Assembly (NCBI GenBank): GCA_963833985.1 | Contig: CAWIAD010000001.1 | Location: 1,792,001-1,856,000, forward strand | DNA: 64,000 bases | Origin: an uncultured Planctomycetaceae bacterium | GTDB taxonomy: Bacteria; Planctomycetota; Planctomycetia; Isosphaerales; Isosphaeraceae | Direction: 5' to 3' | Part shown: one piece after another, positions 63,182 to 64,000 of the stretch | Layout of the letters: every line of letters starts with the position of its first letter | Numbering within the stretch: the stretch's first letter is position 1 | Made by a program: the position numbers and the translations under genes | The notes under the pieces: generated by a model | Database searches by the model: none | What the model saw: the letters and a program-made list of their open reading frames with translations, nothing else | Told to the model about the DNA's origin: nothing

Positions 63182-64000
63182 TCAGTTGCGAAGCATCCTC
63201 AGGCCGCTGGCGATGACCAGGAACTCGCTGACCTCGTGGCCGATGACGGCGCTGGTCAACGAGAACAGACCCGTGACGGCTCCGATCACCAGGCCCGTGA
63301 TCACGAGCGTGGAAAGCACCAGGTTCTGCCGCACCACGGTCTGGCTCCTGCGGGCCAGGCGGAGGGCGACGACCAGCTTTTGCAGGTCATCGGCCATGAG
63401 CGCCACGTCGGCGGTCTCGAGTGCCACGTCGGTGCCCGCGGCGCCCATGGCCACGCCCACGCTGGCCGCGGCCAGGGCCGGCGCGTCGTTGACCCCGTCG
63501 CCGACCATGACGACGGGCCCGTAGCCGGCCGCCAGCTCCAGGACGCATTCGACCTTCTGTTCCGGTTGCAGGTCCGACCGCACCTCGTCCACGCCCGCCT
63601 CGACGCCCACACCCTGTGCCGCCCGCTGGCTATCGCCGGTCAGCATGACCACCTTCTGGATGCCCAGGGCGCGCAGCTCCCGGATCACACCCGGGGCTGC
63701 CGGCCGGACCCGGTCTCGCAGCGCGATCAGGCCCCAGACGCCGGAAGCGTCGCCCACCACGACCACGGTCTTGCCTTGAAGCAGGCAGCCCTCGATGTCT
63801 GGATCAAGCGGCGCCAGGCTATGGCCGAACTCGGTCCAGAAGAAGGCGGGGCGGGCCACGTAGGCGATTGTGTTGCCGATCCGAGCCGCGGCTCCTGAGC
63901 CCACCAGCGCGCGGAACTCCTCGATCGGGCGCACGGGCAACCCGGAATCGCGGGCGTGGCGGACGATCGCGCGGCCCAGCGGGTGCTCGCTATGCTGCTC
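63182..64000 (-). CDS. Heavy-metal-translocating P1B-type ATPase (C-terminal part; runs off window)
   Basis: SEHPLG, MLTGD, MVGDGVNDAPAL, HE motif in last TM. Confidence 0.95.
   Translation of the reverse strand, partial: EQHSEHPLGRAIVRHARDSGLPVRPIEEFRALVGSGAAARIGNTIAYVARPAFFWTEFGHSLAPLDPDIEGCLLQGKTVVVVGDASGVWGLIALRDRVRPAAPGVIRELRALGIQKVVMLTGDSQRAAQGVGVEAGVDEVRSDLQPEQKVECVLELAAGYGPVVMVGDGVNDAPALAAASVGVAMGAAGTDVALETADVALMADDLQKLVVALRLARRSQTVVRQNLVLSTLVITGLVIGAVTGLFSLTSAVIGHEVSEFLVIASGLRMLRN

Overview
High-GC bacterial DNA with clear Planctomycetota hallmarks, probably Isosphaeraceae-like (inference): DUF1559, DUF1570 and DUF1573 proteins, planctomycete extracellular 'RRxxxxExLExRxLL' leaders, an ECF sigma factor fused to WD40 repeats, and murB/ftsQ-like genes with no ftsZ in the window. 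Housekeeping and transport genes include trpD, an osmoprotectant ABC transporter, a nucleoside MFS, corA, recJ, a ROK kinase, a short secA, murB and a P1B ATPase. About 13 genes carry apparent frameshifts, most likely long-read indel errors. The most interesting locus is 22835-29166: an ECF-TM-WD40 sigma factor followed by two translationally coupled secreted paralogues, each ending in a 132-aa HINT (intein-like) domain with a non-canonical H-D-N-[T/S] end, a short conserved tail, and no toxin or immunity gene. Also notable are a subtilase plus stand-alone propeptide-like gene bracketed by a duplicated gene 3' end, two IS elements each inserted in a REP hairpin, a MITE carrying a REP doublet, an 89-bp gene-end duplication, and a repeated palindromic operator candidate next to an XRE/PBP regulator. 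No rRNA, tRNA or CRISPR array was recognised.
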